Source: Paraspadella gotoi (Eukaryota > Animalia > Chaetognatha). Taken from it: 64,000 bases of DNA. The stretch covers positions 302,273 through 366,272 of the forward strand of contig JBJCIZ010000040.1 in assembly GCA_051294375.1 (NCBI GenBank), read 5' to 3'. Of this stretch, positions 25,657-36,900 are shown one piece after another (the stretch's first letter is position 1; each line of letters opens with the position of its first letter). Below the pieces are notes generated by a model. The model ran no database searches, was not told the DNA's origin, and saw nothing but the letters and a program-made list of their open reading frames with translations. The position numbers were made by a program, and so were the translations under genes.

Positions 25657-26555
25657 GAGTTATTAACTTTTCGTCACGTTATGACGTAGAATGTCTCATC
25701 TCAGTTTTACTTCGGCAGTTTGCAAGTAACTGCTTCGAATTTTTAGACTTAATATATATAAAATCGTTGTCAAAACTAAACTCAAACTGTCTCTAAATAC
25801 TTTTTCATATTTTTCACTCACTTATGATCAAAATATCAAAAAAAGAATTATACTTTGTGTAGACAACGTTTTGCAAACTACCTGAATCTTATCTTAAAAA
25901 TAAAAAAATCCTAAAAAGATTGTTAGCCTTTCCTATTTATAAAGAAATATTAAAAAATTAATATATGGGGTATGGAGTAATATTATATTTTTTTCTCTAT
26001 TCAAATTTTTTTTAAAATGTTTAAATTTTTGTTTGAGAAGGTGCTTGATTCAAATTTCTTAACCACCTTACTGAGTTAGGTTACTCCTACCATAGCCGAT
26101 GAATTTTAAATTCTTAAGTATAAGCGTTAAAATAATCTATCATTAGCATTGATGATAGTGTTAAAATATTTGTTTTCAAAAATACTTTCTTCTGAGGGTA
26201 CTCGCCGAATTAAAATTATTAAATTACTATATAAAGCAAAACATTTTTTTTTTAAATCTTAAAAATTTTTGATGGATTCTGATAAAGCATAGAAAGTTAA
26301 CCAAGAAATGCAGCTTTTAAAAATTCTTACATTTTCTCAGTAAAAATACCCAAAAAAATGATAAAATCATAGAAAGATGATGATGATGACAATTTTTTAT
26401 AGTTTTTCTTATTTTTGACCTACTTATCAAAAAAATATGTAAAAAAGAATTATACTTCGTGTAGACAACTTTTTATGAACTATCTGAATCTGGTCTTAAA
26501 ATTTAAAATTTCACAAAATATTTTTTGGCCTTTCCTATCTGTAAATAAATATTAA

Positions 26556-27186
26556 AACAAGTTTGATCAAACAATGTCGGATCTGCCCACGATCATTATC
26601 GGTAATTAATTAATTAATTAATATTTAAATTATTCAAGTTAATTAATTAATTAATTAGGCAATTTGATCCCAAATGTTTGTTTTTAGGTCTTTTCGTCAC
26701 TAACCACGATAAAAGCAATGACAACGATGAGAATAATTCCGATAATGATTGACTTGATTGACTTATTAATTAATTATTGATTAATTAATTGACTAATTGA
26801 TTAATTATTACATCCTGCCCCATCCACTAATGAGCAATAGGTGTTCAAATAGTGATATATATTTTTTTGTTTTTTCCATTTAAACTCATTTTCACTCAGA
26901 CGATTCCATCGAAACTTCATATCCAGCTCAATCACACACTTCCCTACTCACACACAAAATTTTATTCAAATCCATCCATCCAATCACGAGTAATTGGTAT
27001 TTTTTGCTAGGGTGGGATGGACGGACGGACAGACAGACAGACGGACATCATTTTTTTGAATAATTTATCGTAATTCGATGTTCTGACATGATATAAGTGT
27101 GTGCCCGACAATATTGAGGGGGCGGACCGACGTACCAACAAAGTGAATTATAGAGTTGGGATCTGCTGATAAGCAGATCCGACTAA
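26556..27186 (+). mobile_element. Helentron-associated (HINE/DINE/pearl-like) element family 1, complete
   Basis: AACAAG start, sub-terminal IRs GTCGGATCTGC/GCAGATCCGAC, terminal hairpin GGATCTGCTGATAAGCAGATCC, (GGAC/GACA)n microsatellite, A-rich flanks. Fragments also at ~365-395, 2095-2143, 4546-4800 and 27490-27540. Confidence 0.7.
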
Positions 27187-27895
27187 AAATAATTACTAGG
27201 GTATAGAGCCATATAAAAAATTTTTTGTCCATTGAAAGTATATTTATAAATGTATAAATTTTCGTTTCAGTATGTACTGACTCTAAATTTTTGACTTACC
27301 TCATTGAGTGCGGCTACCCCTAGTAATAAAAACTCTTTTCATTTCATTCCCATTTGAAATCTGTGTATTTATAAATTGAATGGATAATATTTTTTTTTCA
27401 TTAAAACTAACCAAAATATTGTATTCATGACAGATTTTTAAATAAATAAACAAAAATATCTATTAATCAATTAATTATTCAATCAACCAATTAATCAATT
27501 ATTTAGGTAGATCCAGCATTGTTTGCTGAAAGTTGTTAATTACTTTACTTAACTTTACTAATCACTCATAAACACTGTTTTACAACTGTTTCATATGTGA
27601 TAATCGGTAAATACAACTGCCTCCTTCCTTTAATAAAGATGGAGTTTTAAATTTTATAAAAAACATTTTTGAAGAAAAACAAACTTAGAAAAACGCTTTA
27701 CTAACAGCTATTTACTTACTTTCATGATGTCTTCATCATTAAAGTTTTTGCTGTTTTTATTATGTTGTTTGTCAAAACAAGAAATACCCATAAGGTAAAA
27801 CCATTATTTTATTAACTAAAAAATTGTTAGTAAAAACTACTTTGAATGAGCTATAGCATATGCAGCCGATGGGGTTCTGTCCTTAGATGCTAGCT

Positions 27896-29172
27896 TAGGG
27901 TGTTTCACCCAAATTTGAAAAGTTTTCAGATCTTAATTTACATCTAGGAAAATATGTTGGGAGGTAAAAAAATAAGATTGTACTACTTTTTGTCAAAATT
28001 GGAGCAACACCCTTAGTGCTACCCTCGCCTAAAGGATAAAAAAAGCACACCTTGGGCACATTTTCGTCAATTGACTGAATCTTAATGATCCAATCCACGT
28101 CCAAAGGATCTTATTAGTTGCCCAACCTTCTAAGGATGATGCAGTAAAAATTTCAGCTCTCTATCATGACGAAGGCTCACACTACAGCAGTTACTGTGTG
28201 ATGGAGTATAGAGAACAATAGGCTTTAAATATTTAAACTCAAAATAAAATCATTTCTCTTCAGATCTAATATTTTTTGTATATAATATCATACTAGTAGG
28301 AGCCAAGTATCCTATTTTTTGAAAGGTGTGCCCACATCCTGGTGGATACTTCCTGTACAAAACACTAAAAACATAAATCACTACTGTATATCATTTTTTC
28401 AACAGTTTTTAAATCTACAGTGTTAATTGTGACATACTAATTAGTAGTCGTCTTGCAACAGTGCAATAGACCCTTAAAATTTTCATGGAGTCGCACTTAA
28501 ATGCAACTGCAGCAGCTTTTTGACCATTTTCTTTAATTTTATGAAAAACTAATGATGCTATTTTACCCTAACTGATCTCAATACTTGTACAATGTCCATG
28601 TTTTAAATATTAACCTTGTATAAATATTAAATATATATCATGTCTTCGGACCTTTCTACAGTAATCACAATATGCTGGAGAAAGATTAGTGATTTTTGTT
28701 TTTAGTGTTTTGTACAGGAAATATCCACCAGGATGTTGGCACACCTTTTAAAAAATAGGACACTTGGCTCCTACTAGTATGATATTATATGAAAAAATAT
28801 TAGATCTAAAGAGAAATGATTTTATTTTGAGTTTAAATGTTTAAAGCCTATTGTTCTCTATACTCCACCATACAGTACCTGCTGTAGTGTAAGCCTTCGT
28901 CATTATATAGAGCTGAAATTTTTACTGCATCATTCTTATAAGGTGGGTCAACTAATAAGATCCTTTGGACGTGGATTGGCTCACGATGATTCAGTCAATT
29001 GACGAAAATGTGCCCAAGATGTGCTTTTTTATCCTTTAGGCGAGGGTAGCACTAAGGGGGTTGCACCAATTTTGACAAAAAGTAGTACAATCTTATTTTT
29101 TTACCTCCCAACCTATTTTCCTAGATGTAAATTAAGATCAGAAAACTTTTCAAATTTGGGTGAAACACCCTA
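27896..29172. mobile_element. Long-TIR non-autonomous DNA transposon, Mutator/Foldback-like
   Basis: ~490-bp TIRs beginning TAGGGTGTTTCACCCAAATTTG; 9-bp TSD ATGCTAGCT (27887-27895, 29173-29181); no ORF. Duplicate at ~34432-35714. Confidence 0.85.
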
Positions 29173-29219
29173 ATGCTAGCTAGTATTATGGTGGACTAAA
29201 ATCCACCAACCGTTCATCA

Positions 29220-29460
29220 GCGACCGTTGGTGCCGGAGGCAAGTCATTCGCCTCCCAACCCAAAGGTCCAGGGTTCTAGCCCGGTGGTCGCCTAGCAGTT
29301 AAGAGGGACGGGGCGCTTAACCCGCCTGTAACACGGTGTTACAGCCTGATCCAAAGCTCAGGGACTGCTTATATTAAACGGTTCTGTCACTAACACATGA
29401 CAATAATCACTGTCTTTTCATTGGTGAGCCCGACTTCCGAACACAACAGCAACAACAACA
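29220..29460 (+). mobile_element. tRNA-derived SINE (tRNA-Gly-like head)
   Basis: Acceptor stem GCGACCG/TGGTCGC, A-box-like TGGTGCCGGAGG, B-box-like GGTTCTAGCCC, CTCCCA anticodon-like loop, ~150-nt body and (CAA)n tail. Duplicate at ~35764-36005. Confidence 0.7.
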
Positions 29461-31608
29461 CTTTCAAGCAACATGCCTCAACCTAGAACCAAATTCCGAA
29501 ACTCGATCCCAAACCTTTTTTCATAATATTTTTATATTTTTGGATAGAGAATGACTGTAATAATGTAAATCTTAAGTTACATCTACATTAGCCCATGGGT
29601 TTTGAAGAAATCGACTAAAAACAACCAAAATTCCTCTCCCTTTTTTCAACATTCTCGCCTTTTAAGATTTTCGCCGATCCTGACTGCCTCTTACAAACTT
29701 ATAATTTTGCTAGTTAATTTTTTTTTCTTAAACGAGCAAAAGAAATCCACAACTTTCTAATCTTTTATAATTTCGAGGTAAAAAAATATAATACCTCTAA
29801 GGTCGGGTAAGTCTGACTGAGATCTAGGTAAGTAAAGACGGGGGAAAATGGTGGAAAAGGAATATATATTGTAAGCGGCTAAATCGGCGGTAAAAAAATG
29901 GTAACAGAGACTGACCGGGAGAGGGACGGTGAGAGAGAAAGAGAGGAAAAAGTGTGAATGAAAAACTTAAACCTTGGACTCGAGCCTGGGTCTCCGGGGG
30001 GAGGGGGAGGAGGATGAGGAGAAATGATGAGGAAACGGTGCATGCTGGCGAAACCTATCGGTTCTTTCTGAATACATTACATTAACATTAGGATATTGTG
30101 AAAGTGTAATGTCTTGTGAAGCCTGTGAAAGTTGAGTAATTAAAAAATTCGCCTATTTTGTTATTGAAAACTAACATTAAAGTGAAGGCTCCTTTCAGTA
30201 AACGTCCCTGTTCTCTAAAATAACTAGTGGAAAAGAAAGATAAATACTTAGACTGTGATGGGGTGAATAATATTTTGTAGAATTTTGTAAGCATGCATGT
30301 AAAATCAGACAAGCAATTATTTAAGTGACAAAAAATTTACATTTTCTTTATCCAAAAAAACTTTTAAGTTTTACTAGAGTACAATTTAACCTTTTTTCTT
30401 TCAGAATCATTAAAAAGAATTAAATTTTCATTTATTTTTATGGGGTGTCATTAGTTTTAAAATTAATTATAATTTTGACTTAGTTTGACACTCACCCTGT
30501 AAAGAGGTTTCAGCAAAAATATTTCTAAAATTGTATCTTTTATGTGTCCTATGATTATGGCTTTATTTTGGTACTATTGCCATCCCTTTATCTTTGTTCC
30601 TTCAAAAGATATTAGGAAAAAAAGTTTTTTCTCTCAACCTTCCTTTTAATTTCTTTTAAAATAAAAATTTTGCAATGAAAACTGGATAACTTTAATATGA
30701 AAAAATTGGTCAATAATAAAAAGAAAAATAGAACGAGCTCTAGGGACACAAGGCTTTTAGAATCTCATAATTTAAAGTGTCATTTATAATGCTAACATAC
30801 CATAATCTCATTAATAACTTTAAAAAAGTGAAATTTCCCTTTCATTTCTATAGTAAAAATGAGTTTTGAAAATCCTCCGGAGATGAGTAGTTCATTTCCC
30901 CTGGCTGGTTTGATAGTAAAATCTTTATCAAATGCCACAAGAAAAAAGGAACGAGCTCTTGAGATGTAAAGCTGTCGGAATCGTGTGTTTTTACAAATGT
31001 TTTCTACTGGAACTTTTTGCAGGCTCTTTTGTAAGGTTGGGCAGTCAGATTCGAACGGAAAAATGTTTAATTTTTTTTTAGCAAGATTTTCGCCTATAGA
31101 AAGAGAAAAAAATTGTGGAAAGCTGGAAAGTTTCTAAAAAAATTTGTGGAAAAAAAATATAAGTTATTTCCTTTACTTTCGAATTTCGAAATTCTCCTTG
31201 ACCGAATTGAAAATTTTCCGTTGAAATTTTCACTCTTCACTCCGCTGGCTAGAAAAATATTGTGGATACCCGGAAAATCTGTGGTCAACCATTTTAAAAA
31301 TAGACAAGCTTAAAAATTTGCGGGCAAAAAGTGGTTGTTATTGTTCCTTCTGGTACTGGACAGCTGGTCGTGGTCATTGGCCGTAGCAACAAAAATTACA
31401 AATTTTCCACTGACTAACACGACGAACGGACGGAAAAATTGGAGAAAAATAGTATATTTACTTCCGGCTCAGTCCATTAGAATTTCTAAACAGTCCCAAT
31501 ACTTTTTATTAGTAGTTTTGATGACCAGAAAATTACAAATTTTCCTGGGAAAATTTGAAATTTTTGTATTATTTTTCTCCCATTCCTCCCTTTCTATTTT
31601 CACTAATT

Positions 31609-32397
31609 TTTAGTCGGATCTGCTTATCAGCAGATCCCGACTCTATAATTCATTTTGTCGGTCCGCCCCCTCAATATTGTCGGGCACAAACTTATATCAT
31701 GTCAGAACATCGAATTATGATAAATTATGTAAAAAAAAATGATGTATGTCCGTCCGTCTGTCTGTCTGTCTGCCCGTCCGTCCCACTTTAGCAAAAAACA
31801 CCAATTACTCGTGATCGGATGGATGGATTTGAAAGAAATTTTGTGTGTGGGTAGGGAAGTGTGTGATTGAGCTGGATATGAAGTTTCGATGGAATCTTCT
31901 GAGTGGAAATTAGTTTAAATAGAAAAAACATAAAAATATATTTCACTATTTGAACACCAATTGCTCATGACTGGATGGGGCGATTGAACTTAAATTTTGT
32001 ATGTGGGTAGGAAAGTGTGTGATTAAGCTGGAACTCAAGTTTTGATGGAATCGTCTGAGTGGAAATGAGTTTAAATGGAAAAAACCAAAAACCTGTTTCA
32101 CTAATTGATTATGCTTATTTTTCCTTTATATTAAATGTGAATGCAGGATGTATTAATTAATCAAATAATTAATCAATTAGTCAATTAATTAATCAATAAT
32201 TAATTAATCAGTCAATCAAGACAAACGTTATCGGCATTATTCTCATCGTCATCATTGCTTTTGTTTTGGTTAGTGATGAAAAGACCTAAAAACAAACATT
32301 TGAGATCAAATTAATTAATTAATTGCCTAATTAATTAATTAATTTTAAGAATTAATTAGTTACCGAGCAGATCCGACATTGTTTGGACAAACTTGTT
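31609..32397 (-). mobile_element. HINE family 1, complete, followed by a partial copy from 32522
   Basis: Reverse complement of 26556-27186 with the same sub-TIRs, hairpin and microsatellite. Confidence 0.7.
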
Positions 32398-33037
32398 TCT
32401 CAACGAATGAAAATTACAAATTTCTAAAGACATATTGACAGTACTTTTGATTAGCTATTCTGCTGACCACTAAATTTGAAAATTTGTACAGAAAAAACCT
32501 ATACTAACTAACATTCCTTTTTTAGTCGGATCTGCTTATAAGCAGATCCCTACTCTATAATTCACTTTGTCGGTTCGTTGGTCCGACCCCTCAATCTTGT
32601 CGGACATTCACATATATCATGTCATCGAAATATGACAAATTATGCAAAAAAACGATGTCTGTCCGTCCGTCTGTCCGTCCATCCATCCATCTGTCATACC
32701 TTAGCAAAAACTCCAATTCCTCGTGATTGGATGGATGGATTGGAATGAATGGGTAGAGAGTGTGATTGAGCTGGATATGAAGTTTCGATGGAATCGTGTG
32801 AGTAGAAAAGAATTTAAATGGAAAAAACAAATAAAATTATTTCACTATTTGAATGCCAATTACTCATGAGTAGATGGGACAATTGACTTGAAAATTTGTT
32901 TGTGGGTAGAAAGGTGTGTGATTAAGCTGGAAATCATGTTTCAATGGAATTATTATGCTTCTTTTTATTTTTATATTAAATTTAATGTAAAATGTATTAT
33001 TGGAGTTTATGTTTGGGTAGAGTGACGGGGGTGGGGG

Positions 33038-33533
33038 TGAAGAGAAAAGGCCGAGACCGACGGAGAAGGCCAGATCTGACCCATTCGACCGATTGACCGA
33101 TCGACCGGACAGGGACTGACCTGACTCTTTCTCCACTCTTTCTCTCCTTCTCTCTCTTTCTCTCTCTCTCTCTCTCCAAACTTTACTTGGACAGGCTCAA
33201 ACAAGACAAATTCAGATTCACTGGATCACATTTTAGAGAGATCGTCAACTACTTTCTTACAAAGTTCCTACTACGTTTTTACTAAAGATTTATCACGATT
33301 CTATTTGATTTCTCCTCGATATATAGATTCTTCATTCAATTTGATCTCGATTTTCTACGGAAACCTCGTTTTCTACATTTTATTACATTTATTTACATTT
33401 TATTTTCGCGTTATTTCTTCCCGACTTTCGAGCTTTAGTTACATAAAACGTTTGGGATACTTTTCGTCAGATAAGTTGCGACAAAGTGGACCATCTTCAC
33501 CTCAAGAGGCGTAGAGAGCCAAGCTTCTATACA
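33038..33533. mobile_element. LTR (~495 bp) of a retrotransposon inserted into the G-rich minisatellite
   Basis: Inverted termini TGAAGAGAA...TTCTATACA; preceded by one minisatellite unit. The near-identical copy at 39557-40051 is followed directly by the minisatellite. Confidence 0.6.
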
Positions 33534-33615
33534 ATGCCCGATGAAGCAGCTCCGCTTGACGCCAATCTTCAAGGGAGCGCCGCTCATTTGGATACCACCA
33601 TTTACAAGTTAGATC

Positions 33616-33780
33616 TTGCATGCCCGGGCCCGTCTCCCTGTTATGTTTAACACGGTTACCTTGGAAACAATATTAGATACGGGAAGCGGTTCATTAAACC
33701 TTTTATCTGTTGACATTTTAAGAGACGTTTTAAAAGTAGTTTCCCCTTTAAACAGAGAGTTTGTGCGGGTTGTGGGAATA
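33616..33780 (+). pseudogene. Retropepsin (aspartic protease) fragment, cut off by a gap
   Basis: LPVMFNTVTLETILDTGSGSLNLLS...VRVVGI: D-T-G catalytic motif and flap-like VVGI. Confidence 0.65.
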
Positions 33781-33972
33781 NNNNNNNNNNNNNNNNNNNN
33801 NNNNNTTTTTACTTTGTTTTAATCTGTTTTTACCTTGTTTTTAAGTGGTTTTAATTGATTTTAATTCGTTTATTCGTGCTTTTACTTGATGTCAATACAT
33901 GTTTTTTAACTCGCTAAACCTTCAAATTCGGTGGCCGAGCGACTTTAGATTATTTTAGATACAAGATCAAAC

Positions 33973-36900
33973 AATATCTATTATCAATTATTATTCAATC
34001 AACCATTAATCAATTATTTAGGTAGATCCAGCATTGTTTGGCTGAAAGTTGTTAATTACTTACTTAACTTTACTAATTCACTCATAAACAATCTTCTGTT
34101 TTACATACTGTTTTCATATGTGATAATCGGTAAATAACAACTGCCTCCTTCCTTATAATAAAGATGGAGTTTTAAATTTTATAAAAACACATTTTTGTTA
34201 AAGAAAAACAAACTTAGAAAAAACGCTTTAAATCTAACAGCTATTTTACTTAACTTTCATGATGTCTTCATCATTAAGCTTTTTGCTGTTTTTTTATGTT
34301 GTTTGTCAAAACAAGAAATACGCCATAAGGTAAAACCATTTATTTTATTAACTAAAAAATTGTTTAGTTAAAAACTACATTTTGAATGAGCTATAGCATA
34401 TGCAGCGATGGGGTCTGTCTTAGATGCTAGCTTAGGCTGTTTTCACCCCAAATTTGAAAAGTTTTCAGATCTTAATTTAGCATCTAGGAAAATATGTTGG
34501 GAGGTAAAAAAATAAGATTGTACTACTTTTTGTCAAAATTGGAGCAAACACCTTAGTGCTACCCTCGCCTAAAGGATAAAAAAGCACACCTTTGGGCACA
34601 TTTTCGTCAATTGACTGAATCTTAATGATCCAATCCACGTTCCCAAAGGATCTTATTAGTTGCCAACCTTCTAAGGATGATGCAGTAAAATTCAGCTCTC
34701 TATCATGACGAAGGCCACAGCTAGAACACAAGCAGATTACTGTTGTGATGGAGTATTAGAGAACAATAGGCTTTAAATATTAAACTCAAAATAAAATCCA
34801 ATTCTCTTCAGATCTAATATTTTTTGTATATAATATCATACTAGTAGGAGCCAAGTATCCTATTTTTTGAAAGGTGTGCCCACATCCTGGTGGATACTTC
34901 CTGTACAAAACACTAAAAACATAAATCACTACTGTATATCATTTTTTCAACAGTTTTTAAATCTACAGGTGTAATTGTGACATACTAATTAGTAGTCGTC
35001 TTGCAACAGTGCAATAGACCTTAAATTTTCATGGAGTCGCACTTAAATGCAACTGCAGCAGCTTTTTGACCATTTTCTTTAATTTTATGAAAAACTAATG
35101 ATGCTATTTTACCCTAACTGATCTCAATACTTGTACATGTCCATGTTTTAAATATTAACCTTGTATAAATATTAAATATAATATCATGTCTTCGGACCTT
35201 TCTACAGTAATCACAATATGCTGGAGAAAGATTAGTGATTTTTGTTTGTTAGTGTTTTGTACAGGAAATATCCACCAGGATGTTGGCACACCTTTAAAAA
35301 ATAGGACACTTGGCTCCTACTAGTATGATATTATATGAAAAATATTAGATCTAAAGAGAAATGATTTTATTTTTGAGTTTAAATGTTTAAGCCTATTGTC
35401 TCTATACTCCACCATACAGTACCTGCTGTAGTGTAAGCCTTCGTCATTATATAGAGCTGAAATTTTACTGATCATTCTTATAAGTGGGTCAACTAATAAG
35501 ATCCTTTGGACGTGGATTGGCTCACGATGATTCAGTCAATTGACGAAAATGTGCCCAAGATGTGCTTTTTATCCTTTAGGCGAGGGTAGCACTAAGGGGG
35601 TTGCAACCAATTTTTTGACAAAAAGTAGTCAATCGTTATTTTTTTACCTCCCAACCTATTTTCCTAGATGTAAATTAAGATCAGAAAACTTTTCAAATTT
35701 GGGTGAAACACCCTAATGCTAGCTAGTATTATGGTGGACTAAAATCCACCAACCGTTCATCCAGCGACCGTTGGTGCCGGAGGCAAGTCATTCGCCTCCC
35801 CAACCCAAAGGTCCAGGGTTCTAGCCCGGTGGTCGCCTAGCAGTTTAAGAGGGACGGGGCGCTTAACCCGCCTGTAACACGGTGTTACAGCCTGATCCAA
35901 AGCTCAGGGACTGCTATTATTAAACGGTTCTGTCACTAACACATGACATATCACTGGTCTTTTCATTGGTGAGCCCGACTTCCGAACACAACAGCAACAA
36001 CAACACTTTCAAGCAACATGCCTCAACCTAGAACCAATTCCGAAACTCGATTCCCAAACCTTTTTTCATATATTTTTATATTTTGGATAGAGAATGACTG
36101 TAATAATGTAAATCTTAAGTTACATCTACATTAGCCCATGGGTTTTGAAGAAATCGACTAAAAACAACAAAATTCCTCTCCTTTTTTCAACATTCTCGCC
36201 TTTAAGATTTTCGCCGATCCTGACTGCCTCTTACAAACTTATAATTTTTGCTAGTTAATTTTTTTTTCTTAAACGAGCAAAAGAAATCCACAACTTTCTA
36301 ATCTTTTATAATTTCGAGGTAAAAAAATATAATACCTCTAAGGTCGGGTAAGTCTGACTGAGATCTAGTAAGTAAAGACAGGGGAAAATGGTGGAAAAGG
36401 ATATATATTGTAAGCGGCTAAATCGCGGTAAAAAAATGGTAACAGAGACTGACCGGGAGAGGGACGGTGAGAGAGAAAGAGAGGAAAAAGTGTGAATGAA
36501 AAACTTAAACCTTGGACTCGAGCCTGGGTCTCCGGGGGAGGGGAGGAGGATGAGGAGAAATGATGAGGAAACGGTGCATGCTGGCGAAACCTATCGGTTC
36601 TTTCTGAATACATTACATAACATTAGGATATTGTGAAAGTGTAATGTCTTGTGAAGCCTGTGAAAGTTGAGTAATTAAAAAATTCGCTCTATTTTGTTAT
36701 TGAAAACTAACATTAAAGTGAAGGCTCCTTTCAGTAAACGTCCCTGTTCTCTAAAATAACTAGTGGAAAAGAAAGATAAATACTTAGACTGTGATGGGGT
36801 GAATAATATTTTGTAGAATTTTGTAAGCATGCATGTAAAAATCAGACAAGCAATTATTTAAGTGACAAAAAATTTACATTTTCTTTATCCAAAAAAACTT

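Larger units (their letters stand above)
22187..25796. mobile_element. Penelope-like element A: inverted pseudo-LTR pair; right arm split by a gap and other sequence
   Basis: Arms 22258-22712 and 23033-23492 are reverse complements, and the right arm resumes at 25759-25796. TSD TAAATACTTTTTC (13477-13489 in the clean copy, 22175-22186 with one base missing, 25794-25806). Confidence 0.8.

Noticed and set aside
25560-25796. SLSLSL / ERERER ORFs here and at 32997-33204, 56121-56309 and 62904-63678
   Set aside because: These are translations of (CT)n/(GA)n microsatellites inside repeats.
29220-29291. Functional tRNA-Gly gene
   Set aside because: The anticodon stem is poorly paired, the T-loop is one base short, there is no poly-T terminator, and it runs into a SINE body and (CAA)n tail.
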